64,000 bases of DNA from Amoebophrya sp. A120 (taxonomy: Eukaryota; Protista; Dinoflagellata), in assembly GCA_905178155.1 (NCBI GenBank), contig CAJINV010000001.1, forward strand, positions 3,339,675 to 3,403,674, read 5' to 3'. Below the pieces are notes generated by a model that saw only the letters and a list, made by a program, of their open reading frames with translations, made no database searches and was not told the DNA's origin. A program made the translations under genes and the position numbers. Below are positions 48,901 to 61,333 of this stretch, in pieces. Every line of letters begins with the position of its first letter. Within the stretch, counting starts at the first letter, position 1.

Positions 48901-51900
48901 CATCGCCAGCGAGTGGAGCACGCACGCAAGTTCCCTTTCCAGCCGGTTTCGCTCCTGTTCGGTCAACGGTGGCTTCGCTTTTGATATTTCGTCCGCAGGT
49001 GTGGACATTGTCATCTTCTCGTCCCGCTGCTTATTCCGTGGGTTGCTCGCGGTCGCTTCGCTCTGCACGGCGGTCAGATACTTCTGCATACACCGGTGAA
49101 GCAAGGTTAGCAGTCTTTCCAGCGTCTTGCGCTGGTTCCGTATTTGTACCATCTTCCGCCGCTCCAGCTTTTCGTCATCCGGGGGGGAGAGACAGTAATA
49201 CAACAGGCCGTTGGCGAGCACGTGCCGCAAGAAATCCGGGGGAAAAAACTTTCGCACCGAGCGCACGCCGGTACTCTGTTCCTCTTCTCCTTGATTGTTT
49301 TCCATCGTCTTCAGCAAGTACGCGGCCGCTGCGGCATCCGCGGGCACCGTCGTTGAACTAGCGCCGGCGGTACTGCTATCCTGCGTCGTATGCTTCAAAG
49401 CGGTTGAGGCACTGTGGCTCCCCAGCGGCGGCCCCTTCGGGGGGGCCGGAATCGCGGTTAAGTTGCTGGTCATTGTTAAAACAGATGAGCCCTGTAGTTC
49501 GACACTACTTTGTAGCTCCTCTTCATCCTCAGACTCCGACGCGAGAGGGGAGGACCGGAGGGACACGTCTTGCGCGTACCGGTTTTGCTTTGCCTTTTGC
49601 TTGCCGAACGCGTCGGTCTGGACATAGTTGCAGTTCGCTACCGCCTCCGTCCACGCAGCCAGTGCCTTTTGCGGGATGTCCTGCTTCATAAATTGGTCGC
49701 GGACGTCGCTCGCGGTCGGCGTGCAGAGAACCTTCAGCACCTTCTCGGAAAATTTCGGCGTTGCGAGGGCCAGGTCTTGCAGGCAGATCGGCGACAAAAA
49801 GTGCCCCATCTGCAGCGGCGTGATGAAACGCTGCACGCCGGAAAGGGTTTTTTTCTCCGACAGCCACTGCTTCGTGTTGGATTTGTAGATCCACTCTTCC
49901 GCGAGGCAGTTGACGATCGCGCGCTCCAGTCCAGTGTCGCTGTCCAGGCTGGAAATCGCAATCGTCTATCCTGAGCAAAAACGTCCCCACCCCATAGTCA
50001 AGATGGGAAACCTGCTAGACAAATCAGCCAGCTTTGGTTGTTGTGCATGACAGATTTGGCCTCGCAGTGCAATCCTGTTTAGCTTGTTCAGCAGCATCAC
50101 AGATCTAGCCTATTATGCTGATTGGAGCATCCCAAATCCCAAAGAACGACTAGAAAATGCTTCTCATGGGGCTCCGCATGAGAAACATTCTCAGCATGCA
50201 GATTTGCATTACAACTATGGGGTGGGGACGTTTTTACATAGGATATCGTCTTCACTGTCATCATCAGCTGGTACTTCTCGTCCTTTTCGTCGGCCCACTT
50301 GGAATCCTGTTCCTTCTTGCCGCTGGTTTTCGCCTGCGTGGTGGGATTTGCTGTTGTACTAGAGGAAGATGCTCCTGGCGGTGGCTGTCCGAACGGAACA
50401 AACCCTCGGTAAGCTGCTGCACTACTTGGCGGTGGCGGGCCGCCGCGAGCGGCTGCTCCGCTTGTCGAGGAGTTCATCCCCGCGGCGCTGGAAGGTTGCG
50501 CGGCGCCAAAAATACCGCCCGCTTTCCCCACCAGCGCCTGAAACAAATCCTGCAACCCGGGCGGTGTCTCGTTCATAGCGGGAGCCAAGGTACTTTGTTC
50601 ATAGAGTAGTGATCCAGCAGTTGGGAGCTGCGCACTACTGCTAGAAGCACCTCCCGCAGAAGATGATCCACCTGCGCCGGTCCTCTGCGAGGAAATCTGT
50701 GATCCCAGATTCTGCTGTAGCGTCGTTAGTAAGTCTCCCAGGGAGCCCGCCGCCGCAGTCCCGGCCGCCGCTGCATTTGTTCCCGAGGTGACACTCTCGA
50801 CACTGCGCAAGAAATCCGCCTGGCGCTGCAAGTCGTCCCGTCGCGCCTCGGCGGCGCGGAGCTCCACCTCGGCGGCGCGGATCTCCATCTCCGCGTTTTG
50901 TTCGCGGTTCAACTGGTCCCACTGCGATTGAAGGTGATCCGCGAGGGCCACAGCCTGAGTTGTACCACTGCTGCTCGAAGTTGCTGGTGCGGCAGCTGCA
51001 CTACTCTGCGTTGTTGTAGTTCCTGGAGCAGCATTTACACCAGCAGAAGGTTCTTGCGGAGGTCCTCCTCCCGTAACAGCCACCGGCGGAAGATCCACCG
51101 GACTGCTCGAGGCAGATGATTGCTGTTGCTGCTGGATCTCCTCGAGGACCAGATTTGCCTCCTCTTCCTCCAGACTCTCTTGGTTCATCATGATGTAGTC
51201 CATCACATCGTCCCAGGACGGCGCCCCGCCCAGCGCCGTGACCGCGGTCCGGACCATGCGCTCGGAAAACCCGATGGTGATGAACGTTTCCATCTGTTCG
51301 TCCGTGAAGGGGAGTTGTCCCTGCGGGGACTCCGGCGGCGGGGGGATGGCATTGCTAGGAGGCGGGCTGGACGATGCTGCCGTTCCTCCTGCTGTTGGTC
51401 CCGTCGCTGGTGCAGTAGTACCACTCGTGCCTGCACTAGCGGCCGCTGCGGAGGCAGCGGGAGCCGTGGTCGATGGAGGCGGACCCGGTGGCGCTTTTGA
51501 CGCAAGTGTAGGCGGTGAAGTAGTAGAGGTTGTCGCTCCCGCTGCTGCTGTTGTTAATGCACTCCCGGTTGATGCGCCTGCTCCCGCAGTGCCACTCCCA
51601 GTGGCGGCAGCAGCACTACTCCCCGCTGCAGTAGCCGGCGTGCCTTGTGGAAGACCGGTACTACTACCTGGTGGTGGGACCACTCCGTGCAACGCAAAGT
51701 GCACCGCAGAGGCTACGTCCATCGGGGTATCCAAGGTGGTTGCACCGGGCGGTGAACTCGCCTTCGCATGATCTGCTGGCTGCGCGGCGGACGGCGCGCC
51801 CGTTGCTGAACTACTACTCGCGTTATTTGCAGGTGGCGCGGGCGGGCCACTGCGGCGAGTGGGTGCGGAAGAAGTTGCACCACTACCGTTTGTTGATGCA

Positions 51901-54900
51901 GCAACAGCGTTGAGCGCGGCAGCCAATCCAGCAGCGGCAGAAGCGTTGGCACTAGTACTGCTAGAAGTTGTTGTACTAGGACCACCACCTGGGGCTGCTT
52001 GTCCGGAAGAAGCACCTCCTGCACCAGGCGCGCTTGTAGTTCCCGCCCCATCGCTCCCGCCAAAGATTCCGGTGCTGAGCAGACCCCGGATTTGGTTTTG
52101 CAAATCTTGCGACGAGTTGGGCATCGGGCCCGTCGACCACATCCCCGACGGTGGGTTGACAAACGGGTTGTTGGCCATGTGGGCAACTTGTTGTGGCGCG
52201 GGCCCCCCGGGTTTCGGAAAGCCGAACTGCATCGCCGGTACTGGTGGCGGTTGATACGGCACCGGAGCGGTCGGGACACCGCCACCAGACATGCTCATGT
52301 ACTGCACGGACTGTTTCGGCACCGCGTAGGGGTAGGCGGACAGGTTCGAACTACTCGCAGAAGAGGACGTCGTGTTTTGTCCCGTGGAGGAACTATTGCT
52401 CACTTTGAACCGCATGGGCTCCGCGACCATGGGGGTGCCGTACCCGAGAAGTTCGCGCTCCACGATCTTGTCCCGCCGGATGTCTAAGTTGCCGAAGTCC
52501 GACGAGCTGCCCGCGTTGGTGATGAACGGAATGTAGGAGTTGCCGTAGTTCGTGTTGTTTCCGATCACGTTATTCACCGCATACTTCACCGTCCAGGAGG
52601 GCTTGCTCGCGTCGTTGCTGGGGGCGGAGTTCAGAGTCCAGCAGGTTTGGAACATCTGGAACATTTGGAACATAAGTTGGTCCGGAAGAACGGTCGCTGG
52701 TTTCAGTTGGTGACGCTTGTCGTTGCCCAGTTGGAGTAAACCGGTTGTACTGGAGTTGTTGTCAACCGCTTGCTGATGCTCGTCCTCCATCATGTCATCG
52801 GCCGCGAGAAGCGTTTTGTCACTTACCAAAACCGCCTGTCTGCGCAGTGCGAGCAAGTTCTGCCAGTGCACGTCCATCCGGTTCTGCTCTGGAACCTTGT
52901 CCGTGTTGGTCACCTTGACGAAAAAGGAGTGTAAATAGGGCACGATCATGGACAGGACGGAAGCGATAAGGTTGTGCGGCTCGTAGATGACCCCCACTTC
53001 CGTGAAGAACGCCTTCTGCAGTTCGGTCGTGAATTGCGTCGCGCCGCTTCTTTGCTGCTCGCAGAGGCGGTAGTATTGCTGCGAGATCGGACTGTCGAGC
53101 AGGCGCTTCAGATTGGTCGCTTTCTCAAACACGTCAAAGAACCCGCGGAGGGTAGCGGTCTTTTGCTTATACCGGTGTAACGAAGCCGCGGATTTTTTAC
53201 AAACAGCCAGCGGTAAAACCTTTGTCGCTTGCGCGGCGATGGGCTGGTAAGAAGTTTCTTGTGAAGTAGTGGATTCAGTCGGTTTTAGCAAAGACGATGA
53301 TGAAAGCGATGGCTCTACTTCCAGCACTTGATCCGCGTTGAACTCCTGCAAAAAGTGGTCGCCGCAGTACTTCATGGCTTGGCCCACTTGCGCCAACCCC
53401 TTGTTCTTCCACAAAAAGTCCAACAACTGCGCCCGCACGTGGTAATTGCCCGGCACCGGCCGCGGGACGCGCTTCCCGTTGTGCTCTTTGCTGCCCGCCT
53501 CGCTGTCCACGGGCTCGAAAAGCAGCAATTTCAACAGAGAGGTCGCTTCCCCAAAATACACATCCGGGTCCACAGTGGTCGAGATCGAGTCGACCTTCTC
53601 TTGGTGTCTCCGCCTGGTCTCCGATCCGAGCCCGAGGCCGCTGCTGCCCGGAGTCGTGAAGGACCTTGCTGATGTACTAGTTCCGGCCGCTTCCTTTCCC
53701 ACGGGGACTTGGCCGGAGGTGGTGAGTTTGGAGCTGTTCGGGTACAACTTTTTCATCCGGATCCGCTCCTCCTCGAACAAATCGGGCACGTCGAACAAGT
53801 CCCGCACCATCTTCATCAGGTATAAGCTGTTGACCCGGCCCTCGGTATTCAACTGCGCCCTCCCCCGCTTGCACGGGTAGTTGCTCACCCGGGCGACCAG
53901 GACGAAAAAGATCCGGAGCGTCTCGACGAAATTCTCGATGTCCAAAAAATTTTCCGCTTTCGCCTGACTACTCGTCGACCTCGGAGCGTTGGGCTCCACG
54001 AACGGCTTCGCGTCCTTCTGCCCGGTGGCAGCGGCTGTGTGGTCTTTCGGGTTGGAACTCGGGCTGCCCAGGGGCGGCTTTGGTACCTTTGCCGCAGTAG
54101 ATGACTTTGCGGAAGAGGAGGAGGAACTGGCGGCGTCGGAAGCATTGGAAATGCCTGCTGCGGAAGACGATGAATGGTTGTTCACCCCAGGTACGTGCTT
54201 TTGGTAGTACTCCTGGACCTGGTCGTGGCACGATTTCCAAGTTTTCCTTTTCGTGGATTTTCGCTCGTACAAATGCGAGCGTCTCTTCACCGACTGTTGG
54301 TACCGGCGGTAAGTTGCCACTTCCTCAAATAACCTGCCGTGTTCTAGCATGCTGTTGCTGTGGTTGTTGTGTTCTACTCCAGTACCTTCCAACTGAAAAG
54401 AATTGTCGTTCGCATCCATCATCTCGATATCGCCAGACATCGTCCTTTCCAGTGGCCGATTTAAAAATTCTGTATTCGCGGAAGATAACCCTGTGGCGGA
54501 GGAAGTAGAACAAGCTATCGGCGGGTTGTAGGTCCCGGATGCCAGGCTCTTGGCGTAGCCGAACAATAAAGGCTTCATTACGGGCGCTAAAACTTCCACC
54601 ACCGGCATCACGGACTTCAGCAGCGCCGCGGAAGGGCCGGAGGAGAAATTTGTGGTGCTCAAGCCCGAAACCAGAATGGGAATCACCAATTGCGTGCAGT
54701 TGTCCAGCCGGCTCAGGTTTGACAGCACCATCTCCTGCAGGAATTCCGGTTTGTTCGCCTGCTTCACCAGGAAATCACTTTTATCCAGCAACTCCTTCGG
54801 CACCCCGAGCCCCTTGCACAAAGTCCGGAACAACTGGCACACCGGGTGGCGCCCCTTCAGAATCGACAAAAATTGGGGCGGGAGACACGGCAAACAGACG

Positions 54901-57900
54901 ATTTCGACCAGGTCCTTCACGCCGATCCTTGCGTTGCCCGACATCCACTTCTGGGAGGCTTCCTGGGAGTTGAAAAAGTTGTCCAGAAAAGTGCAGTAGT
55001 TACTGAAACGATCGAGGAAGCGATAACCTGCTAAGCTCGTGGAGGAAGCAGGAGCCGTGGGATTGCTTGCACTTGTTGCGGAAGTGTTAGTGTTTGTTGT
55101 CGTTCCACCACCTCCAGTTGCAAACGGATTGTTTGCTATGCCTGTGCTGGCGCCGAAAATACTCTGCGTTGCTGCACCTATCCAGCTGCCAGCAGACATG
55201 GAAGCAGAAGATGCATCTGGTTTATTGCTATTCATAGAAGGCTGTTTTTGTTGCTGCACACCCGTCGTGGTACTACTAGATCCACTTGTTACAGGCACTT
55301 GCAAGATTGTATTAGGCGTGAATTCCGCGAGCTTTTTCCCTTCCTCGAGCAGGTCCTTCAGCACCTCGTGGCACGCGGTCACCGCTTTTTGTATCAAGCT
55401 GGGTCGGTGGCGCACCAAATCCTCAAACCCCTGTCCGATGACGACCATGAGTTTCTGGAAGCGCCGCTCCTCGCTGGTCCCGACCTTGTCCCGGTCGGAG
55501 GACGAGAGGCGGTAGAAGTGGTCTTCGTCATTTTCCTCCCATTCGTCTTCGGAGTTGACTGGTGGAAAGGCGTTCTCCGTGCCGGAAGAAGAGGCGGAAT
55601 TCCGGCCGGGCGGGAGGTTGTTGTTCATCGCTGCGGAGGTGGGGTCTGCAGCAGGAGAGGCTGTTGATGATCCACCGGGGAAAACGTTTCGTCCCGTAGT
55701 TGCACTGTGGCTGCTGTTATTTTCGTGGTAATTCAGCAACAACTGCGCGGAATTCCGGGACGACTCCTCGGTCTGCTCCGAAGCGCCAGACCCGCCGAGA
55801 ATCGCCGTCGCCAGCGAGTCCTTCAAATCGCCGTCCGGACTCAAGCTCCAAGACATGAGCAACTCGTCCCAGAGGAGCTGCCTCACCGGATTCAGTTCCG
55901 TCGGGATCTTGCTCGGGTCAAATTTCGGCCCCTTCAACTCTTTCGCTTTCTTCTTTTCCTTTTCCTCTTTTTCATCCAAAACCGAGTTCTTGCTTTCCAT
56001 TTTAGCTCCTATTTTATTGCCATCTCCGAGAGCAGCCTGCTGCGCCGCTGTTTTCGCCGCCCCATCAAGTTGGTCTGCTTTCGACAAGTCCGGCAGAGCT
56101 TTTTTGTAGAACTCCCGGAGTCTTTTCCGTTCCTTCAACGCATTCGCGTCGTTTTCGACGATTTCCTTGTACACTTTCGCGTCGATCACCAACTCGACCA
56201 AATGCTTCATCGCGTTGGCCTCGTTAATTTTCCCCTCCCCGGATTCGTGCAACACGAAGAAGGACAGAAACCCGGGCGCGATACGGAGGATGTGGTATCC
56301 TGAGTAAAAACGTACCCACACCAGAGTTGTCATGCGACTTTGCCATGACAGGAACATTTGTGATGCGCAACCCCATGACAGGCATTTTCAATCGTGTTTG
56401 GGAACTTGTAATGCTGTAAACAGGATCAGCAGATCGATTTGTGATGCGGCTTTCCTTGCTAACTTGCACTACCTTACGGACTGAAACTTGTCATGCGTGA
56501 CTCACAAAACTCCTAGGTTTGTGTTGCAAAATCCCCATCCTGACTCTGGTGTGGGTACGTTTTTACTCAGGATATGTGGTGCGCTTTGCTTTTGTCTTTG
56601 AACGCGAGCTATCCATTGCAAATATGTCTGAATCTGGGAGATTGGAAGACTTGTCATGCTCTGCTGACAGGTGACAAAGATCTGTCACGCATGTTGCGCT
56701 ACTGCGCTGCTTTTTTGTAAAATGCAAAAACGCAGCTTCTTCTCAAACAGTTTACGTAAGACCTAGTCGATCAGAAATTTGCCATGCGCGTCCCCATAAT
56801 ATTGGAGGTTGCTTACAATTCGCAAGCTAGCATCACAACTTTCCAGACCCAGACATATTTGCAATGCATACGAGCAGGCACTCGTCCAAGACCGGCATCA
56901 TCGTCGGCATGCTCGGCGGGTCTTCCCCCATCACGCGCATAATCACCTGGATCAGCTGTTCCCAGCAAGAAAACTTGTAGTACGGGGAGTGGAGGATGCA
57001 CTTCGTCACGTTCTGCATCGTCCGGGGCGCTGGTCTTTTCTGCGATACGGTGCTGGAAGAGGTTGCAGTTGTAGTACTGTTATCGGGCGACAGGGCGACC
57101 GTCATTTCCGTTGACGAGTTGACGATCTTTCGAACCATCGGGAACGAGCTGTCAGTGGTAGTTGGGATACTTGTTGAAGAGGATGTTGTTGTCGGGGTTA
57201 TTATTTCCTTCAGCGTCCAGAACCCGTCAGGTTTGATAGCATCTTCATCCGATCCGAACAACGAAGTCGTACTGTTTGTTGAAGCGGGAGGAACTACTCC
57301 TGCAGACGGCGCTGTAGCGACGTCCTCCATTTTTGCATCCTCCTGTTGATTCGCACTACTTCCGCCAGAAGTGGTTGTGTCTGCGGCGGCAGCGGCTACG
57401 CCAGCAGGACCACTACTACTGTTCATCGCAGCTGTTTGTTCCCCATTCGGAAAAACGCTCGACCCGTCCAACTGCCAGACACAGTTGTCGCTGAAAGCTG
57501 CCAAAATTCCTTGAGCCCCGGCCGGCGCAGTGTTAGTGAAGGTGTGCGCGGAGCTGGTACCGTAGCCCCAGAAGAGATTCAATAACGCGTCTAACAAGGC
57601 TTGCTTCTTATAGAACAATTCGTTCAACGCGAAATACGGTTCTAATCTGTCCACTAAGAACGGGTACCCGGTTTCCTTGGACGCGATTTTCCGGTCCTGC
57701 TTTTTGTTCAGCAAGTCTACGAAATTGAGATGAAAATCGATGATCCGCTCCTTTTTCGTCAGAGGGATCTCTCCGAGGGCCGTGTACGTCGGGATTTCCA
57801 TCATTGCCACGTCTAAATCTTCCGCTTCGTCCACCTCCATCGCGTCCACTGCGGGAAGGAAGAGCTTCCCGCCGGTGAAGAACGAGTTGGGTTTCGCGCA

Positions 57901-60043
57901 TAAGAAATCTTGCAGGAAAAACGCATTACTATCATGCACACTGTCCAGATCCCTCACTTCGTGCGTGAACCGCGCGATCAGCCGCCCCAGCGCCTTGTTG
58001 TCCCGCAAATTCTGTTGCGCGGAGGGTTGCGACGTGTAGGCGTTGAGCAAGTCGATCGCTCGCCGTAGCGGCGCCCAAAACGCTCTTTCCGGCGCGTAGG
58101 CAATGAAGGTCAGCACGTCTTGTAACGACAAAAGCCGGTCCGTCTGGAGCTCCTGGATGGGCACGAGCTTCTTCGTGATCGCGGAGAATAATAGTTGCAA
58201 CCAGAGGCAGAGCGAGTCCTTCAGTCTGGCCGGGTCCTCCTCGCTGCCGAGGAGAATCGTGGTGCTGCCGTCGATTTTGGGGTTCACTAAAGAAAGCGTC
58301 TTCTTCACCGGGTTCGTGAAAAACTGCTGCACGGGCGAGGGGAGGATTTGCTGCAGGTACGGCTTCGATTTATTTTCCAGGAGCCACATCACCATGTTGC
58401 CGCAACAAGTGAGCAAGTGCTCCGCGCCCGGTTTGGGTACGGCGTTGGTCTGCATAAATTGCACCAAGTCCGGGACGAAACCCGGGTTCAGGTCTTTGAA
58501 GCTGTTCCACCCCGTAAACTCGGAGAGTTCCGTGATCACCCGTTTAGAAACCCTTTTCATGTACGTATTCGACAAAACGTTAGTCGGGAATAAAACTATT
58601 CCGTAAATGCACGCCAACCGCGCTGCGGCGAAGCAGCGCTGGAAGTAGAGGACGATATCCCCACCCACGGTGAACCCGGTGACAGAAGCACAAGCGCCGT
58701 GAAACGGGATCGAGAGACAGCAGAGGGATTCGAGCCGTTGCTGCAGTTCGGGAGGGATATTGTTCACTGTTGGGCTGTATCAACTGCAAAAATGTCTGGG
58801 TCTGGAAACTTGTAATGCTGCGCTGGGAATAGTGAATGCTCTGTAATGCACAGGCAAGCATGAGAAATATCTGCGCTTCTTTGTGTTACGTTTTTCGCAT
58901 GACAAACTGCGTTTTTGCATGACAGGCAAAAGGGTCTCTTCTTGGAGACGCATCACAAACTTTTTGGTCATGCCAGACAAGCATGACAAATCTCCAAATC
59001 TTCCAGACCCAGACAACATTTTTGCATTTGATAGGCTGTTGCTAGTATTTCCTCCCAAAAACGTCGGCTCGTTCTGTTTCAACAGCTCTTCGTGCAGAAC
59101 GTATTTGTGCAACATGTGCCTTTGCCGATTCGTCTGGTACCGAAACTGCACGGGCTCGGCGTCGCTCAGATGCGAGACCGCTTTAGTGTTGCTGCTTGCA
59201 ACATCTGCGAAAAGAATTCTGCTCCCGCCGGGGCTGGTGGCACCCTGGACGTCGAGAGGCTGTTGATTTATTATTTCTGACGTCGTCGTGCTCGCGTCGT
59301 CCTCTTCTATCAAGGCAAGAATCTGCTGCCGTAACTTATCTGTGCTGGCGATGTGGGTGCCGGACCACTCCTCCAGCGAAAGCTGGTACCCTTCCGTCCA
59401 GACCTGCATCGTCTGAAGTAACGCGGGGAGCCTGTGTTTTGTCGTTTGTGTAGTGCTCAAGTAGGGACTGCTTTACCTTTTTTCTACTCGATAAGTGGTG
59501 GTGAACAAGAGCTTTCATGAAGGCCAAAATCCTAAAACATCAAAATCCTAAAAAACTGTACCTTTCCTGCCGTTCCACCAGATACGAGAACACGTCGCTG
59601 CTGCCGTCCAGCAGTAGAACGTTCAGCAACCGCATGGCATGCTCGAACACCTCCAGGGAGTTGGCCTGCTCGTAGGAGACCGCGCCCGGACCGGAGAGCT
59701 GCCCCAGCACCAAATCCACGACCTTGCCACAGCTGGGGTAGTGCTTCCCCGTGCACACCCGGGTGCTGCTGGACAAAAAGGTAATAGTGGTCCGGAGCAC
59801 CAGCGCAGTCAGCTGCGCCGACGTTTTTGCATTCAGCAGAATCCGGTGGAACTTTTGCATCATGGGCTGCCAGTCCTCCTCCCGCGTGCTCTTCTGCCAC
59901 ATCTCCACATCGGGCAGGTTTTCGAGCGAATAAATCAACTCCGACTCCTCCGCCGCAACCAGCTTCTGCACAAAATACTTCTGCGCATTGGGCTGTTTCG
60001 GCGCCGCGCTCGTCATTTGGGGCCGGTAAATGCGGTGGTCCAT
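30992..60043 (-). CDS. HUWE1: Giant HECT E3 ubiquitin ligase, HUWE1/UPL1/Tom1-like (roughly 7000+ aa), multi-exon
   Basis: C-terminal HECT domain (FQGEEGMDAGGLTREWY, FLQFVTGTSQVP, RLPSAHTCFNQLDLPEY, EGFGFI*); ubiquitin-binding repeats (IDAEFLMALPEDMQ, IDNATFFATLDPETRQGIL, LPADLRAEA); UBA-like segment near 51190-51310; acidic tract near 41500-41770. Single-gene continuity inferred from in-frame joins across elements; symbol denotes family likeness. Confidence 0.8.
31867..32147. mobile_element. Introner family B inside the HECT domain
   Basis: TIR; direct repeat TGGAA/TCGAA (one mismatch); restores LTFS-TERQEFG. Confidence 0.9.
38979..39860. repeat. Intronic tandem repeat, two similar ~287-bp units plus flanking partial units
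   Basis: GAAAAGACGATACAAACTAC at 38979, 39216, 39503 and 39791; units 39216-39502 and 39503-39790 align throughout. Confidence 0.9.
40270..40590. mobile_element. Introner family C
   Basis: TIR; direct repeat AGCTC. Confidence 0.9.
40660..40938. mobile_element. Introner family B
   Basis: TIR; direct repeat GCCAC. Confidence 0.9.
45642..47567. mobile_element. Introner family A split by a ~1.7-kb nested insertion
   Basis: TIR at both ends; direct repeat GACTG; restores SDVS-LALANLNVLEES. Confidence 0.9.
45757..47430 (-). mobile_element. Nested insertion, possibly a 5'-truncated retroposed sequence
   Basis: Interrupts the family A consensus; 5'-truncated charged ORF ending at 46727; (GTA)3 run at the left end; 35-bp tandem duplication at 45789-45859. 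Confidence 0.65.
49967..50245. mobile_element. Introner family B
   Basis: TIR; direct repeat TCGTC. Confidence 0.92.
56296..56574. mobile_element. Introner family B (opposite orientation to 13030 and 21399)
   Basis: Near-perfect TIR TATCCTGAGTAAAAACGTACCCACACCAGAGT; direct repeat TGTGG. Confidence 0.93.
56610..56870. mobile_element. Introner family A
   Basis: TIR; direct repeat CGAGC. Confidence 0.9.
58778..59033. mobile_element. Introner family A
   Basis: TIR; direct repeat GGCTG. Confidence 0.92.
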
Positions 60044-61333
60044 CTTCCTCCGAGGTTTAGTACTTTGACTTGCTGTCAATTTCTCGGCAGGGCCGGGCCG
60101 GATGATAGCTATTAATTTCGTTACTTTTTCAAAGGGTGAAAGATTTGTGCAGATCAACGTCAAAGCCGCACTGGAGGCCCGACCATTAAAAATATTTCGA
60201 CGTCGCTAGTACGTGTTCCAGACGGAGCGCGCCAGCAGCGCAATTATCGGACTCCTGTGCAGCTCCTGCCACGGTTCTTGCGCTCCTCGTTCTTGCTTCC
60301 GGCCGGTCTTCTTCTCGAATTATCGCGCACTTGGAAATTGCTGTCGCTACGTCGCTGGTTGGTACTATTTTCAGCCGATGTTTTTGCCCGAGATTTTCCA
60401 TGTTTTTCTCGATGATGTCGGAAGGAAAAGCGGTGAACGAGTGAGGTTTTGGTTTTCAAAACGAGCAGATGCTGTTCAATAAACTAGGAGGAGCTTCTTG
60501 TGTGAGATGAAAAAACTGGTTTATTACGACCGCGGATTTCTAGAAGATGAATCTGTTAGTACTGATAAAACTGATCTCTGTCTGATTCCTGTGATGTTCT
60601 GATAAATGTAATGGCAAATTCGATTGAAGAACGAAAACGAAAACGTTGAACCGGGATCGTGGCGGTCAAACTAAATGAACCAAAAATCATCATCGTTTTT
60701 CGAGACAAATTTCACCAACAGAGTGACGGCATCCGGAATCATGCCTGGTGGAGAACAAAATGGGTTATTCTGAGTGCCTTTATTCTCTCCTTTCCGTAGT
60801 GGAGAAAGCTTCTTTCGAAGCTGCGCGGTTTCTGTTTTGATGAGATGCGGTGCGAAATATGAAATTCTGTGATGTTCAAATTTCCCCCAAGTTTCAACAA
60901 TTTTTCAAGTTTGCATTTGCTCTTCATCGAGCAATTCCGATTCAAATTCACTATGCATTCATGTTTTTCTTCTGTCTATGCCTATTGTACGTGTAGTATC
61001 TATATAATTTTGTCTGAAGTTGTCTGATTCACTGTTACCATCGATATCCAACATAACAATCGGAACTTTCACTGTTAACGTCTGATCAATTGTACAAGGT
61101 TCTACAGCATTTAGGCTTGTTGCTTTCATCACTATCATCAACTATTTTTTGCATAATTTGAGTTTTACAGGTGGCACTTTATTCGGTAGTATACTTGAGG
61201 AATACAACTCTATGTTTTTCTCCTAAAAGTGATACTAAACATTCATCTTGTTAGTCTCTCCACTCCATGACGGGAGGTACTTTTTACATGGATACTCACA
61301 AACGATTCCCGAAGGAGAACCTTAGCCGACCAC

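Noticed and set aside
5463-59033. Recurrent peptides such as [19 protein letters not shown] and GVGTFLLRI as a repeated protein domain
   Set aside because: They are translations of the introner TIRs, appear on both strands and end the ORFs.
34127-59266. Plus-strand ORFs opposite the HECT ligase
   Set aside because: Antisense shadows of long GC-rich exons, with no independent motifs.
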